Shown: positions 24,856 to 39,866 of the stretch, piece by piece
Layout of the letters: each line of letters starts with the position of its first letter
Numbering within the stretch: position 1 is the first letter of the stretch
Origin: Camelus ferus
Lineage: Eukaryota
NCBI RefSeq assembly: GCF_009834535.1
Contig: NC_045697.1
Span: forward strand, 109,804,001 to 109,868,000
Direction: 5' to 3'
Length of the DNA stretch: 64,000 nucleotides
Made by a program: the position numbers and the translations under genes
Notes under the pieces: model-generated
Database searches by the model: none
Seen by the model: the letters and a program-made list of their open reading frames with translations, nothing else
What the model was told of the DNA's origin: nothing

Positions 24856-25179
24856 TAAGTCTAAGTATGGGATGGTGGTTATTTGGGACAGTTAAGCACC
24901 TAAAAAAGCCTAATGTTGCTGCTGCAGGATGAGGCTGGTCGTGGTCACTTCATGCTCGTGCTGACACAGCCTGGATACGCCTCCGGGGGGGGGGGGAGCT
25001 TTAAAGCTTTTTTCCTCATATGTTAAATCACACACCTCTTTTCCCATTTATCGTTCAAAACCGTTTTCACTTCTTGGCCTAACTTATGTTTTTAACTAAG
25101 TTACATTTTTGGGGGCAATGAAGTCGGATGGTCACAGGCGGGGCTTCTTTTTACTATCTTTAAAAACAAGTAAGATTTT

Positions 25180-25690
25180 TTAAATTATTATGATAAAAGT
25201 GACACCTAATCATTGTATAGGAAATTCAGAGTTAACGTTTTGAACATATATACATATATGTCTTTATGTTCTAGGTTTTAAAATAAATTTTTGTGATCAT
25301 ACTATGTATACTATTTTAGACACCTTTTCATAGGATAATATATAGTGAACATTTTCTCATTATCTTTAAATAATAGTCTACAAAATGATATTGAAAAACC
25401 ACATCGTATTTTATTGTATGTAATTTCCATAATTTAGATAATACTCACTTTTTGGACGTTTATGTAGGGTCTAAGTTTTAGCTGTCATAAACGATGCTCT
25501 TACGAGCATATCTGTAGACAGATCTTTGAGTGCATCCATGCTGATTTCTTTAGAATGAGTTCCTAGAAGTAAAAATACTGAACCAGAGAACATGAAAATG
25601 GTTAAGAATTTTCATGTGTATTGTCAAATCGCCTTCCGGAAAAAAATGCACCCAGTTACGTTCCACCAGCCACATACTCCTGGCTTTTTC
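25180..25690 (-). mobile_element. Ancient L1 (L1ME-like) 3' fragment
   Basis: AT-rich; gatttctttagaatgagttcctagaagtaaaaatactg...tattgtcaaatcgccttccgga. Confidence 0.55.
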
Positions 25691-27444
25691 TTTATTTTAC
25701 TTCCAACTGGTTTACAGCGTCTCCCTTTTGACTTGATGCTGCTTCACAAAACTTGCAAACCTAGGCTTTCAAATGAAGTGATATATTTTCCCTGCTTTTT
25801 CCTGAATGCAGATATGTCCTCAGAATCGTTCTTAACACAGAATTTCAGGCATAAAAAGCTAAATGATTAGAATGGTCCCACAAGTGGAAACCTGTTTGCC
25901 GTCACTGCTTTCTGGCTGAAATAAGGCAGCAGATGGAGACCAGTCAGCCGGTGCTATCACAGGTCACTCTCCACCGTTTAGACAGGACAGGACTGGAGCA
26001 GGAGGCCAGCTTTTGTGGTTTTGTGCATACGGAGAAATCAGATCTATTACCAAGGAGAAGGTCTCAGAGCATTGATTATGGTCTTCCATTCAGATTGCAG
26101 GTTTGGCTACAGCATGAGGATCTGTGGGAGGCAGAGATAAAACTAGACAGATTCCTCAAGGATTAGGTCACCAAAGAGGACCCCATTAAGGAATCCTCCC
26201 ACTCTGTTAGCTAATAGAACACTTACCCAGTTCTAAGACGGCAGTGATTTTTAAAATCCAGGTTAAGCAGCTGTATATTTTCCCATGTCGGAATTTGCTG
26301 TTACAACTTGTCCAGAGGTCTTATTTAGGAGCTGCTGGGAGAACCACTAGCTGTTTGTGGTTGTGAGTGATCAGTTCTGGGCCAGTGGCAAAGGTTGGCA
26401 ATTCAGACACAAGCCCTTACTGGTGCTGCCTGAGTAAGTATCTCCTGGCTGGTCCTTTCTCCTCTCCTGGCTGCTGACCAATCGCCTGGAGAACCAGACC
26501 TGTTAACCTCCGCCTCTCTGCCTTGCTCCCTCTGTCACTGCTGAGCGTGACCCCGTGGGACAGCTTCTCAGGGCAGGCCTGAGCGTCTGCAAACAGGAAG
26601 GAGATGGGGAGGTGAGGGCCTGCTGGTGATTTAGAACAAAACCAACCCACTTTGAAAATCAGTTTTTAACTGCCTTAGCTCTCATTTGGTAAAGCATTTC
26701 TCAACAGAGTTTTCTTTATTGTGGCAATGAAATGTTTCTTCTGCCAGCATTAAAAAATCCTTTTAATTTGAGTGGTTTGCCTCTTTTTTCTTAAAAAAAA
26801 AAAAATCTGTGCTCACAATAATTTAAAAAAAAAAAACCAAACAGAACCTTGATGCTTTGGACCTTCTTCAGATAGTTGGCTGGCAGGCTTATAAAAAGCT
26901 TTTTTAATTGTAAAATATGTCAGGAAGCAGAGAATGTTTTTATTCCCAATTCAAATTGTCTTCTTGAGAGAAAGCATGGTTTCCCAGATGACCTTTTACC
27001 TTCCACTTTCCCATTAACCCTCTGGCAGAAGCCTGGCCTCTGCTTGGTGCCGTCCCCCCCAGCCCACCCTCCCCATCTCCTCCCATTCCTCTTGCTCTCC
27101 TCCTGCTAACCTCACTGCCCTTCCTCTTCAGTTCTGGAAAGTTCTGCTAGTTTTCATTGTGACGTAACATGGCACTTGATAATATTACAGCTTAATCATT
27201 GAAAACAAAGATACAGTTTGCGTTCTGGGTGTGTGTGTGTGTGAATAACATTGTGGTCTCATAAGTGTGTCCCTCTCTCACTTAATTCTTTATATGAACT
27301 GAAAACTGAAATTTGGGACAGAAGCAAATTTCACGTCTGGTAAGTGGATCCGTTCCCTAAGACTGGACTCCTCTCGCCTCTTCAGACTAAAATGAGGCAG
27401 CCTTTAAGAGAAATGCCAAGGGGGTTATTTGACACACACTTTCT

Positions 27445-27790
27445 TTTACATCCCCAGGTCATATTTGTTTTATAACTGGAAGATTGCACCATTACCCATT
27501 CACCGTTTCACAACCCCCACCTCCAACACTGCCTCCACACCCACTTCTGACCACCACCACTCTGTTCCTTGCATGTATGAGTTCAGTTTGTTTCTAGACT
27601 CTACATATAAGTGAGATCACACAGTATTTGCCTTTCTCTGTCTGACTTACCTCACTCAGCATAACTCCCTCAAAGTTCATCCGCGTTGTCACAAATAGCA
27701 GGATTTCCTTCTTTTCTATGGCTGAATAATATTCCATTGTATTACACAGCACATAGTCTTTATCCATTCACCCATTGGTGGACACTTTGA
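27445..27790 (-). mobile_element. L1 3'UTR fragment
   Basis: ttataactggaag...ctacatataagtgagatcacacagtatttgcctttctctgtctgacttac...ggctgaataatattccattgt. Confidence 0.85.
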
Positions 27791-30700
27791 TACACATTTT
27801 TGTATATTTTATCTTCATTCTATTTTTATCTTCTCTCCCTATCCACACACACACACATACACACAGAGGTCAGTCTGGGTCAAGGCTGGTATAAGCCAGT
27901 GTACCTCCTCCATCTCTCTCTTTCTCAGCTGAAGCAACCCATATGTTCCCGATGTTCAATTTGGTGAAGATCCAAGAGTCTCCAGACCAGCCCCTCTTAT
28001 AGCTCTAAGTAGCACCTTTTTGTGCATGTGTGAATTTAGATCATTGTCATACACTTCTCTCTGCCTTTGGTTCCCATTCTTGATTCTGAGTTCAAGTTTA
28101 CAGACAACTGAGGATGGAGAGAAAGGGACCATGACAATGTTCATCTGCCCTGTGTAAGATGCTCATGAATGCGTTGGCTTTGTTGGAACCAAAAGCGAGT
28201 GGGGTTGAAAGCCAGGCAGGCTGCCATGTCGATGTGGACAGGGACCGTTTGCCCTGTGGGGCCAGTTTCATGAAAGGCAATGTGTGTGCTGACTGTTCTC
28301 TCTTCTACAGTCTACGTAATCAGGACCAGAAATACCCTAGGATGCAAACTCCCATGAAGCCTCATTAATTAAGAAAGGAATATTGGATGTTTGTTATCAG
28401 TTCAATGACATTGTGTTAAAGCTCGGCTTTGTACTATGTGCAGAAGACCATTGGACAAGAGAATAGTGTACTCAAGAAAAAACATTCATTTTTACTTAAG
28501 ACCACATTTTAGGCAGATCAGAAACATCCTTTCTTTAACAAAGACTTCATAGAATTACAACAATTTTTCATAATCATGGCATTACAAAAACCTTGGAGTA
28601 ATAAAGTCAGAACTTTTTAAGCCCATGAATAATAGCAATAACAAGCCTTCCTAAGGACAGAGTTAACAAGTATTTATTTCAATATTCTTATTTGAGTCTC
28701 GCAATAATCTAATGGCAGAAGTTGTTGCCTCCATGTGCTAGTTGGGAGGTAAACCCTGCGGTCTCAGTGGTTTAGCGTGACAAAGGTTTCTCACTCAGGA
28801 AAAATCTGAGGGCAACTGAGCTACCCTCTCAATCTTGCACCTTCACCAAATTGAACATCGGGAACATATGGGTTGCTTCAGCTGAGAAAGAGAGAGATGG
28901 AGGAGGTACACTGGCTTATACCTGCCTTCACCCAGAGTGGCCCAAGGCCCACGCTTTCACATTGCATTGGCGTGACTTAGTCACATGGCCTCAGCCTCAC
29001 TGCAAGGAGGTAGGGGAGCGTATCTGGAGAGCTCCGCCATTCTCTGCCACACACAATTTCAGAAATAAGAAAACTCTTAATAATAAATAATTTGTGCCCA
29101 TTCACCCAGATATTAAAAGGAGAAGCCAAGTCCTTAACTCAGGTCACTTTACCCTAATTCCAATGAATTTACGCAATGCTAGTTCTTTACATAATCTCAT
29201 CAGGTACATAATTTGTTAATTAAAATAGACCCCAATTTAATCCTTAGGGCACTGAGACAGTTGCATTTGTGCACATTGTGCATATAAGGAGGGACTGATT
29301 CTTCCTGTTATAAATATTGTGTGGAATCCTTGTTCATGATTATATTAGTACACGGATCACTTTGCAGGCTCGATCACTTTCCTTGACTCCCCACATAACC
29401 AGATCAGTGACGAGGCAGTGGTGGAGGGTAATATTTTTGAGTGAATTCCTTACCTTTTATTACTTTCATTCTCTTCATCTGTAACATAGAGTTAACAATA
29501 TCATGTAGACTTCTTAAAAGTATAAATATGATAATATGTATAAAATTCCAGGAAATAGTAAATAATAAGTGTCATTTTTTTCTTTTTATATCCCTTAAAA
29601 AGCAGTAAGTTCAAGTTCATGAAGCAAGGTATCTTGGATTTAGAGATTGACATGCAAATCAGCATTAATGCAAAGAAACTGCATCAGATATTGAAAAATA
29701 TATAAACACAAATACTTAAATGATGGGAAAGAGCTGCCCAAGTCAGCAATAAAAAGCAATGTGAAAAAACCCAGAGATATAGCCTCTGGTGGGATTTGTG
29801 AAGTATAGGCTGAGCTATATCTCTTGGAGTTGGTAAGCGTAGGGCGCGATGGTCCATCTGGTACTGTTTGTGTCTGCATGGCCCCATGCTTCACAGGAAG
29901 ACACAATGGGAGGATAAAATCTAATTGCAACAATGATAAACTTTCTACATGAAAGTCTAAAGCTGTTGTAGTTTGGACAAACCAGAGGACTCCCTGGGAA
30001 ACGTCAGAGCTGGGCTGGAGAAGGGTGGCAATGGAGCTTTGTGTGTGTTTGACTTGCAGGTCATTCGTCCCACTTCCCAAAGTCATTGCCACTTGAGGAT
30101 AAAAGCTCCTGGTTTTCTAGGGCAATGAAAACAGTGCTGGATGGCTAGCGCACTGTGGCAGAATATCCTCGTAACTGTATGAAGAATGTGCTTCTGACGT
30201 GTGGAATCCAGTGGAGAGATTCACACACTCCCAGAGTCCCCTGATTCGAACATTGTCAAAGTCCAAGTCTTGAGATTAATGCACATCCCCATTGCAAAGG
30301 GATTTCAACTTTAATCTTCCCTTTTTGGAAGAGTGAGGTCACCTTGGTGGGTTTTGTTACAAAGTGGACAGTGAAAACAGAATTGCGAGAATTGCATAGA
30401 AATTGGAATTTAGTGTCTCCCAGAATGACTTTTCATGGAGATTTCCATGAGCAGATCCCAAACGCCCTGCGTAATCTGTTCTGGGGTCTCCTGACTCTTT
30501 GGATTGGAGGCGTCTGGGATGTAGTCAAGGGGATTTTCTCAGGGAAGGGTGGTGTGGACTGGCTGCAAACTAGTGACTAGCAAACCAAGAGCAGGCAAAG
30601 TGCTAAAGACATAAATGGCGTTTTCTCTTCTTAAAACTTCCTCTTAGAGTTTTTAAAAACAATTTTTTAAAGTTTGGATTTTTGCTGAAGGCCAATCCTG

Positions 30701-33392
30701 AGCGTTCAGAATATGTGGGAAAAACAGCATTCTGTGAGCTAGGGTAGATTTGTTTTTATTTTTTATTTTGGTTCTCTAACGTTTTCTTCCAAGATGTCAA
30801 ATGACAGCTGCATTTCCATTTTGCTTTTCAGTTTATTGGGCCCCGTCTTTTCCGGAGCCCTGTTCTAGGTTTTGGAAACAGAAGGTGCTCTGGTCTCATG
30901 GAGGTCACACCCTGGCACTCAGACAGGACAGTGTGGAATCCCTGTCCCATGTCTTTTTCAGTGGCCCACTGCCCTTTTTCACATCACTGATTGGTGGTCT
31001 CCTATGCTCATTCATTCATTTTTAAAAAACCTTTCCATCCATTTTACAGAAGGTACTAGAACTCAGTTAGGACTCCCAAGTAAATATCTTCTAAACTAAC
31101 TGAAGAAAGAGGTCATAGTAGCTTTCTCAAAGTCTCTGTGTTCCATGGAATACACCTTTCCGTCAATCTGTGGTTCCCATCTAGGGATGTTGGAACCTGG
31201 AGATGATGAAGGCTCACGGACAGTAACAAGCTCCCAATTTGTTGTTCTGAGGATCATGCTATTATGAGGAGTTTAAAATTTGGAAAGCGGCTTTGCAGAA
31301 AATAAAAATAACAATCAAAGTGGATACAAGCTATTGAAGATGGCTGAACTAGAATATATTCAAGTTATTAAACTTGCAGTGGGGAACTTGAGGGACCTCC
31401 TGCCCTTCCAAAGTTCCAATGTCCTTCTCTTCCAATGCGTTCCAAAGCCCAATAAAGAGAAAAACCCCACTGGCTAAGAAAAATATTGCCTAGCTGTGCT
31501 GTAATTCAAAGCAGATTTCTAAATCTTCCTTCTGAAAATTTCTGGAGTCTCAGAACTAAAGGAAAAACCACAGGCTGTGAGCATAGAATGATCCTGCCAG
31601 CATGAAGCCTGCGAATCCTGCACCTTTTAAACAAACTCTCTGTCAAGGCAAATACAATAGAAATCTAACCAACTTTCGGTGGCTTCCATCTCTCTGACCC
31701 TGTCTGTGACCAGGTGCCTATGCATTCTGTGGGTCTAAGAATGCTTCACGGAGCAGATCTATGGACAGAAGCTGAATCAAGTGATTGACTGAGCAGGACA
31801 TAAGTTAATCCACACCCACTCCTCCTGCTTTTCTGGTACTTCTCATTCTTTGCTCACTTGGCAGGGAGTCATCTGTGGCTTCTTCTCTTTCTTTGTTCCT
31901 AATATTCACTGGTTTCCAAAAGTTTTTGATTCCGTAGGCCAACATATCCTTTTCCCTGCTCTGTTTGCTCGCTTTATTTCTATTCCCTAATGTCCTGATC
32001 ACTTCCCAAGACTTCATTCTCCTGAAGTGGCTTTTGTCAAGGTGACCAGTGATCCCCAGGCTGCTAAAACCCAAAGACACTGTTGGGTTTCAACCTTAGC
32101 CCTTCTCTCAGCCTGATTCAGTACAGCTGCCGGAGGGCACCCCCTCTCTGTGAAGGATTCTCACCCTTCAGCTGCTCTGGCGCCACCGTCTCCTGGCTCC
32201 TCCCTGCGAGTCGTGCCTCTGGGGCTCCACTGCTGATGCTTCCACCTCTGCCCAGCCTCTCGTGGACAGAACTCAGCAGCTCCATTTACTTAGAATCTTT
32301 GGAAACATCTTATACATACAAGCATTCAGCAGTTTGATCTTTCCTGGTTTACTGCCCTCTTATGCTAACTCCAATTAGTGATATCATTACTACACTTGAA
32401 TGGCCCAAATGATGAGGCTATAAAAATACATGTGGCTATGAGAGAAATATTCCTTTCAAAATTTCCATCTTCACATCCTCTTAGCTTGTTGTTAAGTTCT
32501 GATGCAAAAAATATTTTGGGGGAGGCAGTTATTCTCTACAGTTTATAAGTGATCTCATCCATTCTCAGAGCATTATATTATCCTTAAGGTGATGCATTCA
32601 CTCAGCTGAACATTTTAAAACATAGACACAAAAAGTAAATGGGACTGTGTACCTTCACTCCCACATCCCCAGTGCTTCCTCAGGCTCAGTTACTTTGAAA
32701 CACTTGTAATTTTCAACTCTGCAACTTCAATCGCTTTACCCACGATGCTCTAAATACTTACATCTGTAGTAACTGATTTGCTAACTTTAGATATCACCTC
32801 TTAATGCCTCACTATGAAAGAAGAAGAATTAGCTTATTTATTATACTTCCCTCCAGATTTTTTGTTATTTTATTTATAGCCATTCTATTGCTTGCTTTTA
32901 TAAAATAGTCACACCCCCTGTAGATCTGTCCCCAAGCTTAGATGGTAAGGCTTGCCTTTTCACTGCGACAGACAGGAAGTGATTGTGCCTACAGTTTCCC
33001 CACTCTCCCTTCTCTGTCTGCTTCTCTGAGATGTTTTGCTTTCTGCTTACTTCACTTCCCCTTTGATTCTTTTCCTTTTTCCTGCCTTCTTCTAGAGTGA
33101 TCCCATTTCCCCTATTCCTCAGGTCCCTTTATTGATGTGAAAAGTTATACCTACACTTTATATTCTTTTCAGTGGTTACCCTTTAACATCTTAACATGCA
33201 TACTTTCCAGTTACCCAACATTCATCCATGTCTCTATCCCCTTCTGAAAGAAGGTAGGACCATAAAATGCTTTAACCCATCTCCTTTTTCCTGTCTTCCA
33301 GGATAACTATTGCTATTGTTATTCGATGTTTCGGTTAAACCTGGTTTTATAAGTCTCCCAAATAAATTATTTAGATCTACCGTATGTGAAAG

Positions 33393-33815
33393 CTATGGAG
33401 ATGCCCTGTTCAGATGTCCCTTTGAACGAGAATTTATTGCCAGGAGTGGCGTTAGCTGACAACTTCTATTTGCTGCACCTTCAGGACCCACCACAGTGTA
33501 TATGCTGAAGCCCTGCTCCCCACGGACTGCCCCTAGCCAAGGGCTCAGCTCAGGAGGAACCCTGGTGCCTGAAATGTGCCTGACAGGGGTCTGCTTTACC
33601 AGCTCACCCCAGACTTTCTCAGCGATACACTGCCCTCTCGAGCTGTCCCTCCTCATCCTTCACTCCCCTTCTCCTTTCACAGGTGTCAGACCTATGCCAT
33701 GCTGGAAGGCTTTCCCCGACACTCTCGCTTCCTCTTCTCTTTATTTTCACTGGAACTGCCCTGCAAAAAGCTCTTGCCCTTCCAATTCCATCATGGCGAA
33801 TCTAAAGTTACGCCA
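33393..33815 (+). mobile_element. ERVL-type (LTR16-like) LTR
   Basis: ggagatgccctgttcagat...agctgacaac...cacaggtgtcagacct...aaaagctcttgc; family assigned from recall. Confidence 0.5.
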
Positions 33816-33889
33816 TTGTTTTCTAATCACTCCTTCATTCATCTGTGCTTCTGGTGTGCCTGCCGTTTGATTCAGCCTAGGTGTTTTCT

Positions 33890-34355
33890 TAGAGGATCAC
33901 CTCATAATCCCTAGTTTGACCTACAAGACCCTGTATGCCCGGGTATCTCCTTACCAGCCCATCCTCATCCCACACCTCCACCAACACATATGTTGGCCTC
34001 CTTTTAGCTTTTCAAATAATCTAAGCGTTCTCCTTCTTTGGGGCTTTTCTGTCCTGGTTCCTCTGCCTGGGAGTTTCTTCTCCCATTCTTTGCAGCGCTA
34101 ACTTTTCTCATCTTTACATCTCAGCTGAAATGTCACCCCTTCAAAGATGCCTTTCCCTGACTACATCTCCCCCTCCTAACTCTTTATTCTCTAATAACGG
34201 CAGGTATGTTATTTCTAATATCCTTTTTTGTAATTATGTACTTGTCTACTTTCCATTACGGAGCAAGCAGCAATTACGTCTGTTTCATTCACCACTGTAG
34301 ACGTAGCGTAAGGCCTGGAACAAAACTGATGCTTAATAAATAGTTATTTAGTGAG
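33890..34355 (+). mobile_element. L2 3' end
   Basis: ctcagctgaaatgtcacccttcaaagatgcctttccctgac...tgtttcattcaccactgta...gcttaataaatagttatt. Confidence 0.7.
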
Positions 34356-35944
34356 TCAATACCCACTCCTTTCATTTTCAATGTCATCATTCTTACCCCT
34401 TGTCTGAATTATTGCTCTAGGGTCCTCAACAATCATACTGTTCACCAACCTGGATTAATTTTCCTGAAGTGTAGCACTGTCAATGTGTATTTCTGCTAAA
34501 AAAGACATCAAGGACTCCCTACTGCTGACACTGAGACCAGCCCGCCTGGTGCCCTGGGACTGCGCCAGCATCCGTCCCTCTTTGCAGCCTCGTCTCCCTA
34601 CGTTAGCTCCACCTGGAGTCAAGCTGGACCATCACTTGTCACCTAGCACATTCTGGGCTTTCCTAGCTCCGTGCCTGAGCTAATCTAGATCCAACCCTAG
34701 ACTGTTTCTCCACTTCCTTCCTCTCTCTCTCTACCTTTTAAGGCTGAAATCTACCAGGACCTTCCCAGTACAAACTCTTCCTCATCCTTCCAATTGAACG
34801 TGTGGCCCCTGTTCCCAAAGCTCCTAGCACATAGTTTGATGCTGAGCGCCTGCCGACACTTTCTTTGTGTTACAACGATTGTTTATTTATCTTACTTTCA
34901 TTTACCAGAGTCCAAGATCTTTCATGGCAGGGACTCTTATACATCTTTGTGTCCTCTAAGTGCTGAGCACAATACTTTCCTATTAATACGTTTTTGTTTT
35001 TTAAACTTTTATTTTATTTATGAGTAATTGTTTAATATGAATATGGATACAACTTCATTTTATGACTATAAAGTAATACATATGTATTATAGAGGGAAGA
35101 TTAAAAAAATACAGAGAATAAGGATTAAAATCAACTGCAATGCATCACTTTCCAATCATTATTTCTTAGGATTCTGTTGTATATCTCTTTATCCTTTTTT
35201 TCTATAATTTATATACATACTAGCAGAGATCATAATAAGTATATAATGTTGTGTTTTGGAGGGTTCAAGTTTCAGTAGGCATGTTGTGGAGGTTTAGTTT
35301 AAATCTTTTCTCCTAGGAAATATGCAAACAATAGGAGAACTAAACAAACAAAAAACTCAAAATAGATTTAAGCATAGATAAGCCACAAAGGAAACAAGAA
35401 AGTTTCAGGTTTTCACAAGAAGTGAACACGAAGCCTAATGTCAGTTTTGCACATAACACCAGAGCATCCAAAGGGCTGGAAGGGCGGAAGTTCTCTGAGG
35501 GGGCAAGTAGACTTTCTCTCAGAACAAGAGGGGAGGGCTCCACCCTGAGAGAAGGAGATGGAACAGGGCAGGTGTCCAGGGGAGGCAGGGAGGAAGGTAC
35601 AGCACATGCCCTGGGAGCCCCAAGGTAGCAATTCTTAGAAAGCTGTAGCAAAATACGACTTCCAGAATGGTGTGACAGACAAGGGCAGTGAAGTGATCTT
35701 GAGAGCCCAGGACCAGTGGTACAAACCCTTCTGAAGGAGGCTGAGCCCTAGACATTGTGCTGTAGCATGTTTGATTCTTTTAAACTGCACCATAGGCGAT
35801 GTGTATGGTAATTGCTGAGATCATTTGAATAATCTGCAGCTCTGGATGTTACATGTATCTTCAGAGAGGGTTTCCTTTTGCTTTTGTCAAGCATTTTGGT
35901 TACAGGTAACTCATATTAATTCCATTCAAGAGTAAGCTGATTTG

Positions 35945-36329
35945 GAAAGAGAAAGGAAAATACCATATATCACTCATATGTGGAATCTGAAAAAAAAAAA
36001 AAGAAGACAAATGAACTTAAATATAAAACAGAAACAGACTCACAGCACAGACACAGAATATAAACTTGTATTTGCCAGGAGGGAGGAGGGTAGGAAGGGA
36101 CAGACTGAGAGTTTGAGATTTATAGACACTGACAGTTATATATAGATTAGATAAACAAGTTTATACTGTATAGCACAGGGAAATATATTCAAGATCTTGT
36201 AGTAGCTCACGGTGAAAAAGAATATGAAAATGAATATATGTATATTCACTTATAACTGAAAGATTGTGCTGTACACTGGAAACTGACACAACATTGTAAA
36301 CTGACTATAACTCAATTCAAAAAAAAAAA
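35945..36329 (+). mobile_element. 5'-truncated young L1 with poly(A) and 17-bp TSD
   Basis: TSD aagagtaagctgatttg (35928-35944) / aagattaagctgatttg (36330-36346); L1 3'UTR tcactcatatgtggaatct...tactgtatagcacaggg...acattgtaaactgactata. Confidence 0.9.
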
Positions 36330-36427
36330 AAGATTAAGCTGATTTGAAACTGGGTTTTAGTCTTTGAGATGTCTGGTCAGTGTATGACTCATCCTCATTT
36401 TTAGACTCTTTCTCCTTGGTTGGCCTT

Positions 36428-36874
36428 TGTGTTAGTTTCCTAAGGTTGCCATTAAAAATGACCACAGAGTTGGCTTAAAACAACAGAAATGGATTCCCTT
36501 GCAGTTCTGGAGGGCAGAAGTTCAAAATCCAGGTGTCAGCAGAGCTGTGCTCCCTCTGAAGTCTCTGGGAAGAAGTCTCTGCCTCTTCCTAGCTCCCTGT
36601 CATCTCAGCAGTCCTCCGTGTCCTTTGACCTGTAGCTGCGTCCCTCCAGTCTCTGCCTCCGTTGTCACACGGTCCACTTCCATGTGTGTGTGTCTTCACA
36701 TCTCTTCTCTTTTCTTATAAGGACACCAGCTGTATTGAATTCAGGAACCACCCTACTCCAGGATGACCTCATCTTAACCGATTATATCTGCGAAGACTCT
36801 ATTTCCAAATAAGTTTACATTCTGAGGTTCCAGGTGGATGTGAATTTTTAGGGCCACTTATTCAATCGGGTACA
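36428..36874 (-). mobile_element. MLT1 solo LTR
   Basis: tgtgttagtttcctaaggttgcc...ggcttaaaacaacagaaat...tcttataaggacaccag...gatgacctcatcttaac. Confidence 0.85.
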
Positions 36875-37149
36875 ACCTTGAGCTCCAGTTTTGTCCCTCT
36901 AGCTCAGGGAGAGTTCTGAAATCTCTGCTCAGGTTCTCTCTTGTTTTTCTAGTCATTACTTCAAAATGCCTGGAGGGCAGTGTTTCCTTTCTTAAGGTTT
37001 TTGTTTGTTTTTGGTAGTTGTTTGTGCATTTTAGTTTTGTATTTTGGGTGTGAAATGTTGATTGGATACTAGCTTCCCTATCATAGCCCGAGGTGGATGT
37101 TCATTATAGTATTTTGATTTAAATATTTTGCCCTAATTTCTGTTGCTCT

Positions 37150-37740
37150 TTAATCCTTTCTGAGAATTTAAATTCTGTTTGGTATTTTTTCCACTAGCAA
37201 TTTTCTTGAGAATTCCATTTGGTATGAGTTTTCTAGTGACAAATTCAATTTTTTTTAAACTGAAAATATGATTATTTTGCCTTTGTTATTGAAGGATATT
37301 TTTGCCGGATATTGAATTCTGTACTGATGAATTTTTTTTCTGTCATCACTTAGAAAATGTTGTTCTATTCTCTTCTGGCCTCCATAGTTTCTGATGAGAA
37401 GTCAGCCAACAACCGAACTGCTGTTCCCCTGTATAAAATGTGTCAGTTTTCTTTTTTCTTTTTCTGCTTTTCAGACGTACTCATTATACTTGGCTTCTGA
37501 TTCTGACTCGGATGTGTGGCTATCCTTCTTGGTGTTCATAGAGCAAGCTGAGTCTCTACGTTTATGTATCTCATCAAATTTGGCAAATGTTTGGTCATGA
37601 CTTCTTCAAATAATTTCTTCCCACTTTTTCTTTCTCTTCTTTCTGGGACTCTAGTTGCATGTGTGTTCTACAACTTGATGTTATTTAACAGATCCCAGGA
37701 GCTCTATTCTTTTTTCCTCATTTTTTCCCCCCTTTCTTCT
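37150..37740 (-). mobile_element. Old L1 fragment
   Basis: ttgaaggatattttgccggatattgaattct...tcttctggcctccatagtttctgatgagaagtcagc. Confidence 0.7.
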
Positions 37741-39780
37741 CTGTGTAAGAATTGGGTTAGGAATCCAAGAAAGACTCAAGAAATACTTCAACTGCAAATG
37801 GGAAACAGAATGTGTCCTAGAGGAATGAGCAAACATACACGCGCAGCAATAAGAAAAAAAAAAAAAGATATATGAGGAGGGATGGGTCTTCCCAATTGCC
37901 TATTGAATGTCCTGATTTCCCAGGGAAAATATTTATTCTACTTGACCAAAAATGAAATAACATGCAACCAATAGCACATTAAACAGTTCTGTAAAATATG
38001 CAAGCCAGCCATAGTTCAGGGTGCTCCGTGAGAGTGTAAATGAAGATTTTGTTCATCACCACAAAAATTAAGGGGAAGATTCTGATTTCCATCTTATGGA
38101 GACACCTAATGGCACAGCATCTGTTTGTGGGTACTTCCCACTCTCCTCCCCTTTCTATTTAAATTGTGATACACTTTTTCAGGCGGGAAGATTTCAGATA
38201 GTGCTGTGTTCATTTGGAGAAAACTACAGTGAGGAATGAGAGATGGGGGGATGTCTGGAGAGTATGCATTGTTACAGAGTCCATGGAAAAACCAAAGGGA
38301 AGTAAATTAGGGGGTTCCCGTGTCTTGTCACCCAGAACAGAGGTAAAAACAAAATTGAAAGATGATAACATTTCTGTAGAAGTCAAAATTTTGTTATCTC
38401 AAAATTTTATCTATATGCAATTGTGTGATTAGAAAATTTTTTGTAAGTCATGTTTCATTATGGCTCTGTTAATGTGTACTTGGTTAAAGGCAGAGTATCA
38501 ATGCTTTAAAATATTTGAAGGCAATGTTTGAATGACTGTAATAATATTTGCACATAAACATTCACCTACATATGATTAACAAGATCACTTGAATACACAA
38601 AAACATTTATCTCAAGGGGAAAATGGTACTATAAATGTTTGAACCTTTTCTTGGTAAAAATATTAATTTTTAATTTAGTAGAATAATTTGGTCATGGGAT
38701 ATAACTAAACAAATCTGCTCTCTATCTCCAATCCATCAATGCTCCGTTTAAATTTAAGAATTTCAAGATAAACTAATCAGGAGCAGGTTTTTCTCAAATC
38801 AAGCCAACCATCAAACTCCTTTGAAAAACACGTCTCCCTCTCTGCTTTGGGAATCATCATTGACCTTCCATTTTTTGCTTCACTTGTGGACAAATGAAAG
38901 CCCATGAGGGGGCAGGGAAGCCTGTGGTAAGACCATCTCCCTGACCTGCAAGTGGGGTTGTGATCTCTGGAGATGGTGCTCAGCTCTGGACAGTGGCTCT
39001 GATCCCACACCTTGGAGCCTGACTGCGGAAGCGGGACGTGGGTGGAAGGGGATCCAACAGGAGAGGAATTTAGGTCCCCTGAGATCTCATGAAGAGGATC
39101 TCTCACATTACCTTCTTAGCTTCTTGTTGGCCTGAAGTAGGGAGAGGCATGGGCGCAGGCAGCACTAGGGTTGGGGTGTTGATGCAGACATGGACCATGA
39201 AGCTCTTGCTGAGTCTCTGGTTGGTGGCCCTTTTCCAGTCCCCTGGCTGCAGTGCTCAGATGTTGAGGTGTCCTGGCCATGTAGCCTCCTTGGCTCACTC
39301 AAGGGTCAACAGCCCCCTTCTTGGCACTCTAGTTCTCTTGCCTTTTCATCTCTTTCAGCTTCCTTTTAACATTTCCTTTCTCAACTCCCAGACCTCAGGT
39401 CCTCTCTTTCTTGCTCAATCTCTGGAATCTCAGGAAAGAATCTAATGTGAGACATTTACTTTTGTTTTGTTTTGTTAAGATCTATTTTAAGACTTAGCTC
39501 TCACAGTGGAATGAAAATCTTTGTTTGCTATTAACCAATCCAGATAGGAGGAATTTAGGGGAAAGAAGAATTTCCTCTCATCTATTTAGGAGATAGGCTG
39601 ACCTTAGACCAAGGATGTAGTATAACAAGTTTATATATGAGTTACAAATCCCTAGAATGTAATCTTCTGAAATGCTGGATGAGCTGAGTTGGTGATTAAT
39701 TGGAGCCTTCCTGTGCAAGACAGAAAATCTCCACACAGTCTTTCCTGATGACCAGTTTCTCTGTCTTATTCTCTTCTCTC

Positions 39781-39866
39781 TTTATTTTTTAATGGAGGCA
39801 CTGGGGTTTGAACCCAGAACCTCGTGTGTGCTAAGCACTTGCTCTCTCTCTGAGCTATACCCTCCC
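39781..39866 (-). mobile_element. Vic-1-like tRNA SINE
   Basis: aatggaggcactggggtttgaacccagaacctcgtgtgtgctaagcac...tgagctataccctccc. Confidence 0.85.
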